Below are positions 30,396-41,512 of a stretch of 64,000 nt of DNA, piece after piece. Under the pieces are notes generated by a model. The model was given only the letters and a program-made list of their open reading frames with translations, was not told the origin of the DNA and did no database searches. The stretch is taken from positions 32 to 64,031 of the forward strand of contig CAIMWA010000029.1 of assembly GCA_903845045.1 (NCBI GenBank). Direction: 5' to 3'. The DNA is from an uncultured delta proteobacterium (GTDB lineage Bacteria > Myxococcota_A > Polyangia > Polyangiales > Ga0077539). The position numbers and the translations under genes are program-made. The number at the start of each line of letters is the position of its first letter. Within the stretch, counting starts at the first letter, position 1.

Positions 30396-31694
30396 ATGAG
30401 CGAAGCACCGCACACCCGAGCCGGAGGACCGCTGAGCGCGGCCGAGAACGACGAGGTCCTCTCGATGTTCGCTCGGCTCTCGGGCAGCTACTACGAGGTT
30501 CTCGGGGTGCCTCCGGGGTGCGATCGCGCGGCCCTCCGAGCCGCCTATTTCGACCAGCTCGATCGCTTCGGCACGCGCCGCTACGAGGGCCGCGACATGG
30601 CCGCGCAGGGATGGCGCGTCGAGGCCATCGTGCGCGAGATCGAGGCGGCGTTCAGCGTCCTCGGCGACCCCGACCAGCGCATGCGCTACGACCGGCTCCT
30701 CGCCGTGCGGGCAGGCATCGCAGGCCTCGACGCCCCCGCGGCGCCGAAGCCCGGAGCCGATCCCCACCCGAAGGCGCCCCGCGCGTCCGCCGACTCGCGC
30801 ATCCCGCCGCCGCTGCGACGCACCGCGGGCCCGCGAACGCCTCCGACGATGCGGGTTCGCGACGTGCGCACGCCGCTGCCGATGATGGCCCGCGACGCCC
30901 TCGGCGCGGTGTCGCCGCCGCCGCGCCCGTCCCCGCACGAGTCCGCGCCGGTGCACCGCCCGTCGGCCCCGCCTCCGCCCATCGCGGCCACGAGGAGCGC
31001 CGAAGGGTCCTCCACGCCCTCGTTGCCGCCGCCGCGCAGGCCGTCGCCGGTGCCCCCGCGCCGAAGCTCGGTGCCCCCGCCGCCGCTGGTAGCCAGGTGT
31101 CCGACGCCGGAGCCTCCGCCCGCGGGGCTGGCCCTCGAGTCGTTGGCGCGCGCCCGCGCCGAGCAGCGCGGCGCGTCGGCGCAGAAGAACCTCGACGAGG
31201 TCGAGCAGCTCATCGAGCGCGCCGCCCGCAACGACGACCACGCCGAGATCGTCCGGCTGCTTCGGCATGCGCTCACGCTCCGGCCCGACGACGCGACGTA
31301 CCGCACGCGCCTCGCTCGGGCCGAGGAGTCCGTGCACGACGCGTCGGTGCAGAAGCTCACCGGCGAGGCGCGCGCCGCGGAGAAGCTTCAGCGCTGGCAC
31401 GCGGCCGGCGACCTCTGGGCCAAGGTCGCGGACCACCGCGCGGCCGACGCCGGCGCCGCCCTGCACGCCGCGCAGACGCTCTGCGAGGCCGGCGAGGATT
31501 TCGCCCGCGCAGCCGACTATGCGAAGCGGGCCATCCGCATCGCGCCGGACATGATCGGCGCCCACGTGTGCCTCACGCGCGTCTTCTTCAAGGCCGGACG
31601 CACCGCGAGCGCGCGCGGCGCCCTCGAGGCCGCCATGAAGCTCGACCCGCGGCACCCCGACCTCCTCGACCTCAGCAAGAAGCTTCGGGGCTGA
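30396..31694 (+). CDS. J-domain-like (no HPD motif) / Pro-rich / TPR protein
   Basis: YYEVLGVPPGCDRAALRAAYFDQLDRF....FSVLGDPDQRMRYD matches J-domain helices I-III, but DRFGTR replaces the HPD tripeptide. A Pro-rich central region follows, then C-terminal TPR-like repeats. Confidence 0.8.
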   Translation: MSEAPHTRAGGPLSAAENDEVLSMFARLSGSYYEVLGVPPGCDRAALRAAYFDQLDRFGTRRYEGRDMAAQGWRVEAIVREIEAAFSVLGDPDQRMRYDRLLAVRAGIAGLDAPAAPKPGADPHPKAPRASADSRIPPPLRRTAGPRTPPTMRVRDVRTPLPMMARDALGAVSPPPRPSPHESAPVHRPSAPPPPIAATRSAEGSSTPSLPPPRRPSPVPPRRSSVPPPPLVARCPTPEPPPAGLALESLARARAEQRGASAQKNLDEVEQLIERAARNDDHAEIVRLLRHALTLRPDDATYRTRLARAEESVHDASVQKLTGEARAAEKLQRWHAAGDLWAKVADHRAADAGAALHAAQTLCEAGEDFARAADYAKRAIRIAPDMIGAHVCLTRVFFKAGRTASARGALEAAMKLDPRHPDLLDLSKKLRG

Positions 31695-31733
31695 CCGCTC
31701 GACGACGTCGCGGCGTTGGGGTAATCCCCGGCC

Positions 31734-32141
31734 GTGTCGTCGCGATCCGAGCCTGGTCGTCTCGTGCTGGCTGCGGCCTTCGGCGCCGCCTTCGCTTCGT
31801 CGGGATGCGACCCGACGACGGTGACCCGCACGCCGGTGGCCGCCGCGGTGACGTCCGGCGGAGCGCGTTCGGCTCCGGCACCGTCGAACGATCCGGTCGA
31901 GCTCGTGCGCGAAGGCCGCATGCGCTTCGAGGCGGCGTGCGCGCGATGCCACGGCGGCGAGGCCGACGCGGGGTCCCTCGCGGGCGCCGCGATCACGACG
32001 CAGCACCTCGAGGCGGCGCTGCACGTCGGGGCCGACGACGGCGGGCTGCTTCCGGCGGTGGCGCCGACGGAGCTGACCGAGGCGCAGCTCCCTGCGCTGC
32101 GCGCGTATCTCCGCTCCATCGGCGCGCTGCGCAGCGAGTGA
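31734..32141 (+). CDS. Small c-type cytochrome lipoprotein
   Basis: The start is GTG. The lipobox is AFASSGC. There is a single haem-binding CxxCH motif (CARCH). Confidence 0.7.
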   Translation: MSSRSEPGRLVLAAAFGAAFASSGCDPTTVTRTPVAAAVTSGGARSAPAPSNDPVELVREGRMRFEAACARCHGGEADAGSLAGAAITTQHLEAALHVGADDGGLLPAVAPTELTEAQLPALRAYLRSIGALRSE

Positions 32142-32210
32142 CGGCGGCCTGCGGTGCGGTAGCCGCGCGCTCGACTCTCTGATACCAAGCCTGCACTTGG
32201 AGGACCCTCG

Positions 32211-33809
32211 ATGACCTTACGTGGAACGACCCTGGTCGGCGCCGTCGCTCTGTGCCTCGCCTCTGTCGGCTGTGGAGCCCGCGGGAGCTTCAACACCATC
32301 GTGAACACCGACGCGGGCTCGCCGGTGACGGACACGGGCAGCACGCCCCCGACGGACACCGGTGCCACCCCGCCCACGGACACTGGCACCACGCCGCCGA
32401 CGGACACCGGCACCACGCCGCCGACGGACACCGGCACCACGCCGCCGACGGACACCGGGGTCGTGGTCCCGACGTGCTCGGCGCCCAACACCATGTGCGG
32501 CGCCGACTGCGTCGACACGCGGGTGAGCATCACGCACTGCGGCTCCTGCGGCCACGCGTGCGGCGCGGCCTCGTCGTGCACCAACGGCACGTGCACGTCG
32601 ACGACGACGTGCCCGGCGCCCGGATCGCTCTGCAGCGGCGTGTGCGTGAACACCTCGACGGACATCGCGAACTGCGGCGCCTGCGGCCGCGCGTGCAGCG
32701 CCGGGCAGTACTGCAACGCCGGCACCTGCACCGCGACGTCGACGTGCTCGGCGCCCCGCATGACGTGCGGCGCGAGCTGCATCGACATCACCACCGACGT
32801 GTTCAACTGCGGCGCGTGCAACCGTCCGTGCAACGCGGGGCAGACGTGCTCCGGCAGCCGCTGCGTCGGCGGCACGCCCACGTGCCCGTCGCCCACGCTG
32901 CTCTGCGGCACCGCGTGCGTGAACGTCACCGACGACCCCGCGAACTGCGGCTCCTGCGGCCACGCGTGCGGCGCCGGAACGACCTGCACCGCAAGCACCT
33001 GCGTGACCGTGGCCGCCGTGGCCGCGGGCGGAACGTGCTCGGGCATGATGTGCGGACCGGGCAACGCGCTGTCGTGCGCGACGGGCTTCACCGCAGGCGG
33101 GTTCTGCAGCGGCGTCTGCAACAACGGCGCGACCGCGAGCGAGCAGACGCAGTGCGGCGGCGCCGGCACCACCTGCCTCAGCGGCGTGCCCCTGGACCCG
33201 AGCGTCGTCGGCGCGGGCCAAGGCCTCTGCACCAACTCGTGCAACCCCGAGGCGACGTCGGCCACCACCGGCGGATGCCGTCCCGGGCTGGTCTGCACGG
33301 GGTACTGGATGACCCAGTCGTCGGGCGTGCCCGACAACCCCGGGTGCTTCCCGTTCTGCACCAGCGACGCGCAGTGCGCGGGCGTCTCCTCCGGCGGCAC
33401 CCCCTACACGCACTGCAACACGCGCCTCGGATACTGCATGACGGCCGGCGCGAACCTCACGCTCTCGCCCGACGGCTCGGCGTGCAACCCCGACGCGATC
33501 ACGGCAAGCGGCGTGACGACCTGCCGCGGCACGTGCTTCACCGTCGACACCGACCCGACGCACGGCCTCTGCGGCAGCTACATCAACACCGCCGTCACCT
33601 CGGCGTGCCCGGACCCGACGTCCGCCGTCGCGCCGCGCGCCCCCGCGGGCGACAACCTCGCGATCTGCGTGTACCGCAGCTGCGCGCACAACACCGACTG
33701 CGGGAGCCCGCTGCACTGCGTGTACCCCGAGTCCGCCGGCGCCGTGCGCAGCGACCTGCCGCCGATCTGCTCCTACGCGACGCCGTCGCAGCCCAGCGGC
33801 ATCCTCTGA
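32211..33809 (+). CDS. Secreted cysteine-rich lipoprotein (532 aa): TDTGxTPP linker, 4 CGxCG modules, and a C-terminal domain paralogous to the 12373..13314 product
   Basis: GGAGGA lies upstream of the ATG. The lipobox is LASVGC. The protein has five TDTGxTPP units, the modules HCGSCGHAC / NCGACGRAC / NCGACNRPC / NCGSCGHAC, and then the shared Cys-rich domain of about 240 aa. Confidence 0.85.
   Translation: MTLRGTTLVGAVALCLASVGCGARGSFNTIVNTDAGSPVTDTGSTPPTDTGATPPTDTGTTPPTDTGTTPPTDTGTTPPTDTGVVVPTCSAPNTMCGADCVDTRVSITHCGSCGHACGAASSCTNGTCTSTTTCPAPGSLCSGVCVNTSTDIANCGACGRACSAGQYCNAGTCTATSTCSAPRMTCGASCIDITTDVFNCGACNRPCNAGQTCSGSRCVGGTPTCPSPTLLCGTACVNVTDDPANCGSCGHACGAGTTCTASTCVTVAAVAAGGTCSGMMCGPGNALSCATGFTAGGFCSGVCNNGATASEQTQCGGAGTTCLSGVPLDPSVVGAGQGLCTNSCNPEATSATTGGCRPGLVCTGYWMTQSSGVPDNPGCFPFCTSDAQCAGVSSGGTPYTHCNTRLGYCMTAGANLTLSPDGSACNPDAITASGVTTCRGTCFTVDTDPTHGLCGSYINTAVTSACPDPTSAVAPRAPAGDNLAICVYRSCAHNTDCGSPLHCVYPESAGAVRSDLPPICSYATPSQPSGIL
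32328..32459 (+). repeat. In-frame 24-bp tandem repeat, 5.5 units, encoding TDTGxTPP
   Basis: Read directly: acggacaccggcaccacgccgccg occurs identically twice in a row and with 1-5 mismatches in the neighbouring units. Confidence 0.9.
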
Positions 33810-33827
33810 GGATCGCCCCCCCGCCCG

Positions 33828-33851
33828 AGCCCGCGGCGTCGCCCGCGGGCT
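33828..33851. terminator. 9-bp GC-rich stem-loop between convergent genes
   Basis: agcccgcgg (33828-33836), loop cgtcgc, then ccgcgggct (33843-33851), which is the exact reverse complement. It overlaps the stop codon of the minus-strand gene. There is no U-tract. Confidence 0.45.
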
Positions 33852-34725
33852 ACTTCCCCTTCGATCGACCCTTCGGCTTCGCCTTGGACTTCGCAGGCGC
33901 CTTCACCGGAGCCTTGGCGGGCTTCGTCGTGGACTTCTTGGCTGGCGTCTTCGCGGGCGCTCCGGTGCCGGCGCGGAACCGCGCGTAGGCCTCGCGTCGC
34001 CCCCGGTCGCCGACGGCGAGGTAGCGCCCCGCCGTGCGCACCCGGGCGAGGGCTCCGTGCACGAGGGTCCAGAGCCGGTGCGCGTGCTCGCGCGCGTCGC
34101 CGAGGGCCTCGTTCTCCGGCGAGCGCGACGCGAGCTCGAGCAGGTCGTTGTGCTTCTCCCAGAGGCGCTGCGACGCCGCGTGCTCGCCGCCCGGGAGCCG
34201 CCGCAGCCACCACTCGTGGTCCACGCTGTTGCAGAGCGCGAGGAGCTCGTAGTTGTCCTGCAGGGCGTCGCGGGCGTCGTCGGCGTCGCCGCGGGAGATG
34301 CTGCGCACCAGCGCGAGGCCGATGCGGTTGCCGCGGAAGCGAAGCATGCGGAACGCGCGCAGCACCGCCCGCTGGTCGGCGCGGATGCCCTTGAGGAACA
34401 GCGCGTCCTGCGGGGTCAGGCGAGCGGTGCGGGTGCGAAGCGCGTCGAGCTGACGTTGGTTCGCCGCCGCGTACTCGACCAGCGGCGCGAGGCCGAGAAG
34501 CTCCTCGCTCGAGAGCGATCCGTCCTCGAGGGGCACGCGCGCCAGCATCGCTTCGTCGCGTGCAGCCTGCTGCGCGAGGGCCGCGGCCCACTTCGCGTAC
34601 GCCGCGGGGCGCGCCGGCGAGGGGCGCACGGCCTGGGCGTCGAGGGCCCGGGCCGCGAGGTCGAAGCGATGGGCCTGCCGCGCGGCGGGGGTGGCCGCGG
34701 ACTCTTGCGTGGATGCGTGGTTCAT
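33850..34725 (-). CDS. Hypothetical helical protein with a Lys/Ala/Pro-rich histone-H1-like C-terminal tail
   Basis: I trimmed the track ORF 33850..36225 to the ATG at 34725 (MNHASTQESAA). The tail is GAPAKTPAKKSTTKPAKAPVKAPAKSKAKPKGRSKGK. No signal peptide. It lies 35 bp downstream of the M20 gene on the same strand. Confidence 0.7.
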   Translation of the reverse strand: MNHASTQESAATPAARQAHRFDLAARALDAQAVRPSPARPAAYAKWAAALAQQAARDEAMLARVPLEDGSLSSEELLGLAPLVEYAAANQRQLDALRTRTARLTPQDALFLKGIRADQRAVLRAFRMLRFRGNRIGLALVRSISRGDADDARDALQDNYELLALCNSVDHEWWLRRLPGGEHAASQRLWEKHNDLLELASRSPENEALGDAREHAHRLWTLVHGALARVRTAGRYLAVGDRGRREAYARFRAGTGAPAKTPAKKSTTKPAKAPVKAPAKSKAKPKGRSKGK

Positions 34726-34760
34726 GGCGCGCACACTGTAGGTCAGCGGCGCCGCGGTTG

Positions 34761-35954
34761 CTACGCCCCGCGCCGCGCCACGAAGGCGCCGTGCACGGCG
34801 TCGCGGAGCTCGGCGTCGATGAGGAATTCGGCGCCGGTGCGGGCCATCGCGCGGGCCGCGTCGAGCATGGTGCCGAGGCCCCGGGAGCCGCACGCCGCGC
34901 GCGCGAAGGCGTGCTGGTGGCAGAGCGTCTCGCCCTTGTCGCAGATCGCCATCCATGGGTGGATCGACGGGACGGCGTGCGACACGTCGCCCATGTCCGT
35001 GCTCCCCATGCCGACGTCCTCGTCGGTCTCGGCGGCGTCGCGGCCGAGGGCGCGCAGGTGCGTCGCGAAGGCCCGCGCGAGCGGAAGGTTCGTGACCAGG
35101 TCGCGGTAGCCCTTGCGCGCCGTGATGACCACCTCGCAGCCCGTGGCGAGCGCGGCGCCGCGGGCCGAGCGCTCGACGATGGCCCGCACCCGCGCGAGCT
35201 CGTCGAGGGTGCGGGCGCGCACCGAGAACTCGCACGCCGCGCGCTCGGGGATGATGTTCACCGCCTGGCCGCCGTCGGTGATGAAGCCGTGCACGCGCAC
35301 GCCATCGCGAAAGTGCACGCGCTGCGCGTCGACGAGGTGGAAGGTCTGCATGCACGCGGTCAGCGCGCTCGCGCCGTCCCAGGGCGCCGCGGCGGCGTGC
35401 GCGGCGGTGCCCGCGAAGGTCATCGTGAGCCACACGTTGGCGAGCGTTCCGTGCGCCACGAGGTCGCGGTCGAAGGGGTGGAACATCATCGCCGCGTCGA
35501 CGCCCTCGAAGACGCCTGCGTCGAGGAGCAGGGCCTTGCCGCCGCCGCCCTCCTCGGCGGGCGTTCCCACGAGGTCGACGGAGAATCCGTGCGTCGCGGC
35601 CAGCGGCGCGAGCGCGAGGAACGCCCCGACGGCGCCCGCGGCGATGAGGTTGTGCCCGCACGCGTGGCCGATCTCCGGCAGCGCGTCGTACTCGGCGAGG
35701 ATCGCGAGGCGTGGTCCCGCGGTGCCCGCTCGCGCCCGCAGCGCCGTCGACAGCCCGCCCAGCGGACGCTCCACCGGGTGTCCGTGCGCCGCCACGAGCT
35801 CGCCGATCCAGGTCGCAGCGCGGTGCTCCTCGAAGCGCAGCTCGGGGTGCGCGTGGATGCGCAGCGCGAGCTCGCGGAGCGCCTCGGCGTCGGCGTCGAG
35901 GGAGCGGTCGATGGCCTCGGCGAGCGGGTGCGGGAGCGTCATGGGCCGTCCCAT
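34761..35954 (-). CDS. M20-family metal-dependent amidohydrolase / peptidase
   Basis: LRIHAHPELRFEEHRA, ILAEYDALPEIGHACGHNLIAAG and GTPAEEGGGGK are typical M20D/amidohydrolase blocks. ATG at 35942 is an alternative start. Confidence 0.85.
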   Translation of the reverse strand: MGRPMTLPHPLAEAIDRSLDADAEALRELALRIHAHPELRFEEHRAATWIGELVAAHGHPVERPLGGLSTALRARAGTAGPRLAILAEYDALPEIGHACGHNLIAAGAVGAFLALAPLAATHGFSVDLVGTPAEEGGGGKALLLDAGVFEGVDAAMMFHPFDRDLVAHGTLANVWLTMTFAGTAAHAAAAPWDGASALTACMQTFHLVDAQRVHFRDGVRVHGFITDGGQAVNIIPERAACEFSVRARTLDELARVRAIVERSARGAALATGCEVVITARKGYRDLVTNLPLARAFATHLRALGRDAAETDEDVGMGSTDMGDVSHAVPSIHPWMAICDKGETLCHQHAFARAACGSRGLGTMLDAARAMARTGAEFLIDAELRDAVHGAFVARRGA

Positions 35955-36031
35955 CGCGATACACCGGCGTCGGGGCGGCGGTCCAACGCGGCGTTGAGAA
36001 GGGCGCGAGGAGGAGTAGAGTCCGCGCCACG

Positions 36032-37438
<1,407 letters not shown>

Positions 37439-37550
37439 AGGCACGCATCGAAGGGGGCTGCTGGCCCTCGTCCTCGCGGCGCCGGCCTGCGAGCGCGACC
37501 GTCCGCCCCCCGCGCCGCCGCCCGCCGTCGTTCCCGCCCACGATGCAGCG

Positions 37551-38102
37551 ATGCATCCCGCCGTCGCCGCGCACGACGCGGGACCGACGGAGCGCGTGGT
37601 GCTCCGCGTGCGCGTGAAGAACATCGACACGGTGCCGCTGCGCATCCTCACGAACCCCGACTCCAACGAGATGATCTGGGCGTACCGCCTGCGCGTCTCG
37701 CCCGAGGCGTCGGACCGCGCCGCGATGTTCGCCGACGGCGACCGCGTGAAGGCCTTTCCCATCGGCCAGATGGCGCTGTGCACGGCCGACGGCGGCGCGG
37801 GCTACGGCGGCCTCGGCCAGCCCGGCGACGTCACCCTCGCGCCCGGCGAGAGCTTCGAGGCCGCGCACTGGGACGGCATCCTCCGCGAGGAGGTGCTCGA
37901 TCCGCAGCGCGGGGTGTGCGCGCGGGAGATCGCGCCGACGCCGGGGCGCTACCGCTTTCAGCTCGACCAGCCGCAGCTCGAGGGGCGCCCGCAGTGCCAG
38001 CGCGCCATCGCGGCCTGGCCCATCGCCGCCGACGCGGGAGCTCCCGTGGTGCTGGAGCTTCGGTGCCGCAACGCGCCGCGCGATGCCGGTCCACGCTCTT
38101 GA
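37551..38102 (+). CDS. Hypothetical protein, probably a lipoprotein whose true N-terminus lies upstream across a frameshift (see findings)
   Basis: The first canonical start in this frame is ATG 37551. The same frame upstream reads [21 protein letters not shown] (signal peptide plus lipobox) but has no start codon. The ATG at 37435 is in the adjacent frame. Confidence 0.65.
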   Translation: MHPAVAAHDAGPTERVVLRVRVKNIDTVPLRILTNPDSNEMIWAYRLRVSPEASDRAAMFADGDRVKAFPIGQMALCTADGGAGYGGLGQPGDVTLAPGESFEAAHWDGILREEVLDPQRGVCAREIAPTPGRYRFQLDQPQLEGRPQCQRAIAAWPIAADAGAPVVLELRCRNAPRDAGPRS

Positions 38103-38128
38103 CGCGGGAGCGGTGCTTCGCATAGGTT
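38099..38128 (+). promoter_or_regulatory. Candidate sigma-70-type promoter for rplU-rpmA
   Basis: TTGACG (38099-38104), an 18-nt spacer, then TAGGTT (38123-38128), about 70 nt upstream of the rplU ATG. This is a pattern match only. Confidence 0.25.
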
Positions 38129-38197
38129 CCGCGCCCTTCCGTCGAGCCCGCCGCACACGCGGTGCCGGCGACTCGAGACAACTTGGAGGATTCGTTC

Positions 38198-38506
38198 ATG
38201 TACGCAGTCATCAAGACCGGCGGAAAGCAGTACCGGGTCGCCCCCGGTGACCACCTTCGCGTGGAGAAGCTCGCCGGCGACAAGGGCTCCAGCATCACCT
38301 TCGACCAGGTGCTCCTCGTGGGCGGCGACGCCGTGCGCGTCGGCACCCCGAGCGTCGCCGGCGTGAAGGTCAACGCGACCATCGTCGCGCAGGACCGCGC
38401 CAAGAAGGTCATCGTCTTCAAGATGAAGCGCCGCAAGAACTACCGCCGCAAGAACGGGCACCGTCAGCCCTTCACCGAGATCCAGATCACGGGCATCGAG
38501 GGATAG
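38198..38506 (+). CDS. rplU: 50S ribosomal protein L21
   Basis: [14 protein letters not shown]...[21 protein letters not shown] is a canonical L21 sequence. GGAGGA lies 8 nt upstream of ATG 38198, whereas the track ORF starts further upstream at 38162. Confidence 0.95.
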   Translation: MYAVIKTGGKQYRVAPGDHLRVEKLAGDKGSSITFDQVLLVGGDAVRVGTPSVAGVKVNATIVAQDRAKKVIVFKMKRRKNYRRKNGHRQPFTEIQITGIEG

Positions 38507-38510
38507 CGCC

Positions 38511-38771
38511 ATGGCACACAAAAAGGGTCAGGGATCGTCTCGCAACGGCCGCACGAGCAACGCTCAGTACCGCGGCGTGAAGGTGTACTCGGGCGAGGAG
38601 ATCCGCGCGGGCGGCATCATCGTCCGCCAGGTCGGCAGCACCGTGCACGCCGGCACCAACGTCGGCACCGGCAAGGACTACACGCTCTTCGCCCTCGTCG
38701 ACGGCGTCGTGAAGTTCGACCGCACGAAGAACGACCGCAAGCGCGTCTCCATCGTCGCCGCCTCGGCCTGA
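38511..38771 (+). CDS. rpmA: 50S ribosomal protein L27
   Basis: [29 protein letters not shown]...[19 protein letters not shown] is a canonical L27 sequence. It starts 4 nt after the rplU stop. Confidence 0.95.
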   Translation: MAHKKGQGSSRNGRTSNAQYRGVKVYSGEEIRAGGIIVRQVGSTVHAGTNVGTGKDYTLFALVDGVVKFDRTKNDRKRVSIVAASA

Positions 38772-38962
38772 TCGGCCGCGCGCCGCACGGCGCATCCTCC
38801 CCTTCCAATCCCCTTCATCGAACCGCACGCAGCGCACACCGCGGGGCGACCTCGATGCCGCATGCGACGTCGCATGACTGTCCGCGCGCATCCTTGACGC
38901 GACGGCGCCGAAGGGCGACACGCGACCCGGTCATCCAGCAATTCCTGAGGAGGAACACGTCG

Positions 38963-39751
38963 ATGCGGAGAAGACTTCCGGTGGTGGACGGGATCGATCG
39001 TCGGCAGCTGTTGCTGCTCGGCGCGGCGGTGGGCGTGACGGCGTGCGGAAGCAACGTCACCGACGGGCTGCTCGGCGACGACGCAGCGTTCGTCGACGAC
39101 ACCGGCGATCCCAACGCCACCGACGACACCGGATCGGAGCCCCAGGACGCGGGAGCTCCGCCGGAGGACCGGGGCTTCGTGACGCGCGACGTTCCGTCCA
39201 CGGGCAACGACGCGGGCAGGCCGTCGTCCGACGCGGGGTCTCCTTCCGTCGATGCGGGCCGCCCGGGCTTCGACGCCGGATCGCCGGCCACCGACGCGGG
39301 ACCGCCGCGCGCCGACGCTGCGATGCCGCCCACGGACGCTGGACGCCGCCGCGATGCCGGCCCCGCCGACACCGGTGTTCCGACGGACACCGGCGTTCCC
39401 GCCGACAGCGGCGTGCGCTGCCCGACCACCGGCGGCATCGGCTCTTCGACGGCCCTCGCGGTAGGGAGCTTCCGCTCGGTCACCGTCGGCACGCGCCGGC
39501 TGATCATCGGCCGCGACGCCGCCGGGCTGTATGCATTCTCCGCAACCTGCACGCACCAGGGCTGCACGCTGCCCACGCCGGTGCGCGGCACCATCACGTG
39601 CCCGTGCCACGGTGCGCAGTTCGATGCGAACGGCGCCGTGACCCGCGGACCGGCCCGCACGTCCCTCGCGCACTACGCGGTCACGGTCTGCGCCGGCCAG
39701 GCGTACGTGGGCACCGCCACGGTCCCCGCCACCACCCGCACCGCCGTTTGA
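38963..39751 (+). CDS. Tat-exported Rieske [2Fe-2S] lipoprotein
   Basis: GAGGAGGA lies upstream of ATG 38963. The twin-arginine signal is MRRRLPVVDGIDRRQLLLLGAAVGVTAC, with a lipobox. A D/A/G/P linker follows, then the Rieske motifs CTHQGC and CPCHG. Confidence 0.85.
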   Translation: MRRRLPVVDGIDRRQLLLLGAAVGVTACGSNVTDGLLGDDAAFVDDTGDPNATDDTGSEPQDAGAPPEDRGFVTRDVPSTGNDAGRPSSDAGSPSVDAGRPGFDAGSPATDAGPPRADAAMPPTDAGRRRDAGPADTGVPTDTGVPADSGVRCPTTGGIGSSTALAVGSFRSVTVGTRRLIIGRDAAGLYAFSATCTHQGCTLPTPVRGTITCPCHGAQFDANGAVTRGPARTSLAHYAVTVCAGQAYVGTATVPATTRTAV

Positions 39752-39785
39752 CCCTCCTCGAGGCCGAGCGCGGTCGTCGCCGCTC

Positions 39786-41507
39786 GTGCAGAATGGGCCC
39801 GTGTCCGACACCCCTCCAAGGCTGCTTCGCGCGCTGACGGCGCTCGCCGGCGCGGCGCTCGGCGTCGGGATCTTCGCGGCGGGCCACCGGCTCGTGCGGC
39901 GTTCACGGCCCGGCGCGGCCGCGCATGCGGCGGTGGTGACGGCGGCGCGGGACTACCACGCGTGGGCCGAGGGTCCGTGCTACCGCGTCGACGGGGATCG
40001 CATCGTCCGGGTGCCGCCGCCCGAGGGTCCGGTGTTCCGCCCCGAGGCGCCGGGCGCGTCGTTCGCGCGGGAGCGTGGGCCGGGCGTGCGTCGCATCGCC
40101 GTGGTGGGCGAGTCGACGGCGGAGATGCTCGAGCGCGCGCTGACCGCGCTCACGGCGGGGCCAGGGTGCGGCGGGCGCGTCGAGGTGCTGCAGTGCGCGG
40201 CGTCGGGGTCGCTGCCGTGGGTGGCGGTGCGGCGCGCCGAGGAGGCTCTCGGATATGCACCCGACGCCGTGGTGGTGGCCATCGGGCACAACTTCCTCCT
40301 CCCGGGTCCACCGCCGCCGCCGGGACCGACCTGGGCCGCCGCCGGGGCGGGGTCGCCGCCGCCCCCTCCCGGTGCGAATTCGCAGGAACCACTGCCCGAT
40401 CCGACGCGCGATGCGCCGGAGCTCGGGCGCGTGGCGTACCGCGCGATCGTCGCCGCAGCGCGGTCCCGGGGGGTGCCCGTGGTGGCCGTGGTGCTCGCCT
40501 CGAACCTCTGGATCCGCCCCCGCACCGGAGCGGCGTATGCAACCTCGCCGGGTCGTGCGGCGGCGTGGGTGCGCTGGGCCCGCGGGGACGCCGCCGGAGC
40601 CGCTGCGGCGCTCGCGTCGACCGGCGCCGAGGACCCGCTGCAGGCCTGGGAGCGCGCGCGCTTTCGCGTCGCCTCGGGGAGCTGGGACGGCGTGTCGTCG
40701 GATCTCGCGCAGGCGCGGGACCTCGAGCCCGGGTCGTTCCGCGCGTCGACGGCGACCACCGACGCCATCCGCGATACCGCGCGCGCGAGCGGTGCGGCGC
40801 TCGTCGACGTGCCCGTGCTCTTCGCGTCCATGGCCGACCACGGGGTGCCCGGGTGGGACGTCTTCTTCGACCACTGCCACCCGAACCCGCTGCCCTTGGA
40901 CGCCCTCGGCCGAGCCGTGCTGCGCGCTTCGGCGCCTGCGCAGGCCGCGGCGTGCGGGGCCGGCGAGGGCGTCGAGGAGGGCGCGCGGCGGGCCTGGGAG
41001 GCGCTCTTTCGTCCCACCGGGGGCGACGGCGCCGACGGGGCGTGGCATCGGCTCGTCGACGGTCCGTCGCGCGTGTTCCTGCCGCCCGACGCGGCCGCCC
41101 TCGGGTGGGACCACGCTCCCGACGACGGGGCGTGGCGGCGGCTCCTCGACGGGCCCTTCGCGCCGGTGTGGCGGCTCCCGACGGCCGACGCCGAGCGCGT
41201 CGCGTTGCGCTTCGACGCCGAGGTGCTGGATCGTCTCGCAGCGACGGAGCGCGCCGCGGCCCTCGACGCCCTCGCCGGCTCCGCGCGGGACGGGGGACAC
41301 GAGGCCCTGGCGGTGACGCTCCTCGAGCGCTCGCTGCGCGCCGCGGCCTCGCCCGGAGCCCGCGCGGACCTCGCGCTGATGCATCTACGCATGCACGACG
41401 AGACCGCCGCCGCCGCCGACATCGCCGCCGCGGCGTCGCCGGGACCGGGGGAGGGCTGGGCGCGCGCCGTGGTGGGCGCCTTCGCCGCCGCCGCCCTCCG
41501 ACGCTGA
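39786..41507 (+). CDS. Membrane-anchored SGNH/GDSL-type hydrolase-like protein with helical (TPR-like) segments
   Basis: There is an N-terminal TM segment (LTALAGAALGVGIFAA). Candidate SGNH blocks are VVGESTA (I), CAASGS (II), VAIGHNF (III) and FFDHCHPN (V). The start is GTG; 39801 is an alternative. Confidence 0.6.
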   Translation: MQNGPVSDTPPRLLRALTALAGAALGVGIFAAGHRLVRRSRPGAAAHAAVVTAARDYHAWAEGPCYRVDGDRIVRVPPPEGPVFRPEAPGASFARERGPGVRRIAVVGESTAEMLERALTALTAGPGCGGRVEVLQCAASGSLPWVAVRRAEEALGYAPDAVVVAIGHNFLLPGPPPPPGPTWAAAGAGSPPPPPGANSQEPLPDPTRDAPELGRVAYRAIVAAARSRGVPVVAVVLASNLWIRPRTGAAYATSPGRAAAWVRWARGDAAGAAAALASTGAEDPLQAWERARFRVASGSWDGVSSDLAQARDLEPGSFRASTATTDAIRDTARASGAALVDVPVLFASMADHGVPGWDVFFDHCHPNPLPLDALGRAVLRASAPAQAAACGAGEGVEEGARRAWEALFRPTGGDGADGAWHRLVDGPSRVFLPPDAAALGWDHAPDDGAWRRLLDGPFAPVWRLPTADAERVALRFDAEVLDRLAATERAAALDALAGSARDGGHEALAVTLLERSLRAAASPGARADLALMHLRMHDETAAAADIAAAASPGPGEGWARAVVGAFAAAALRR

Positions 41508-41512
41508 GGCCG

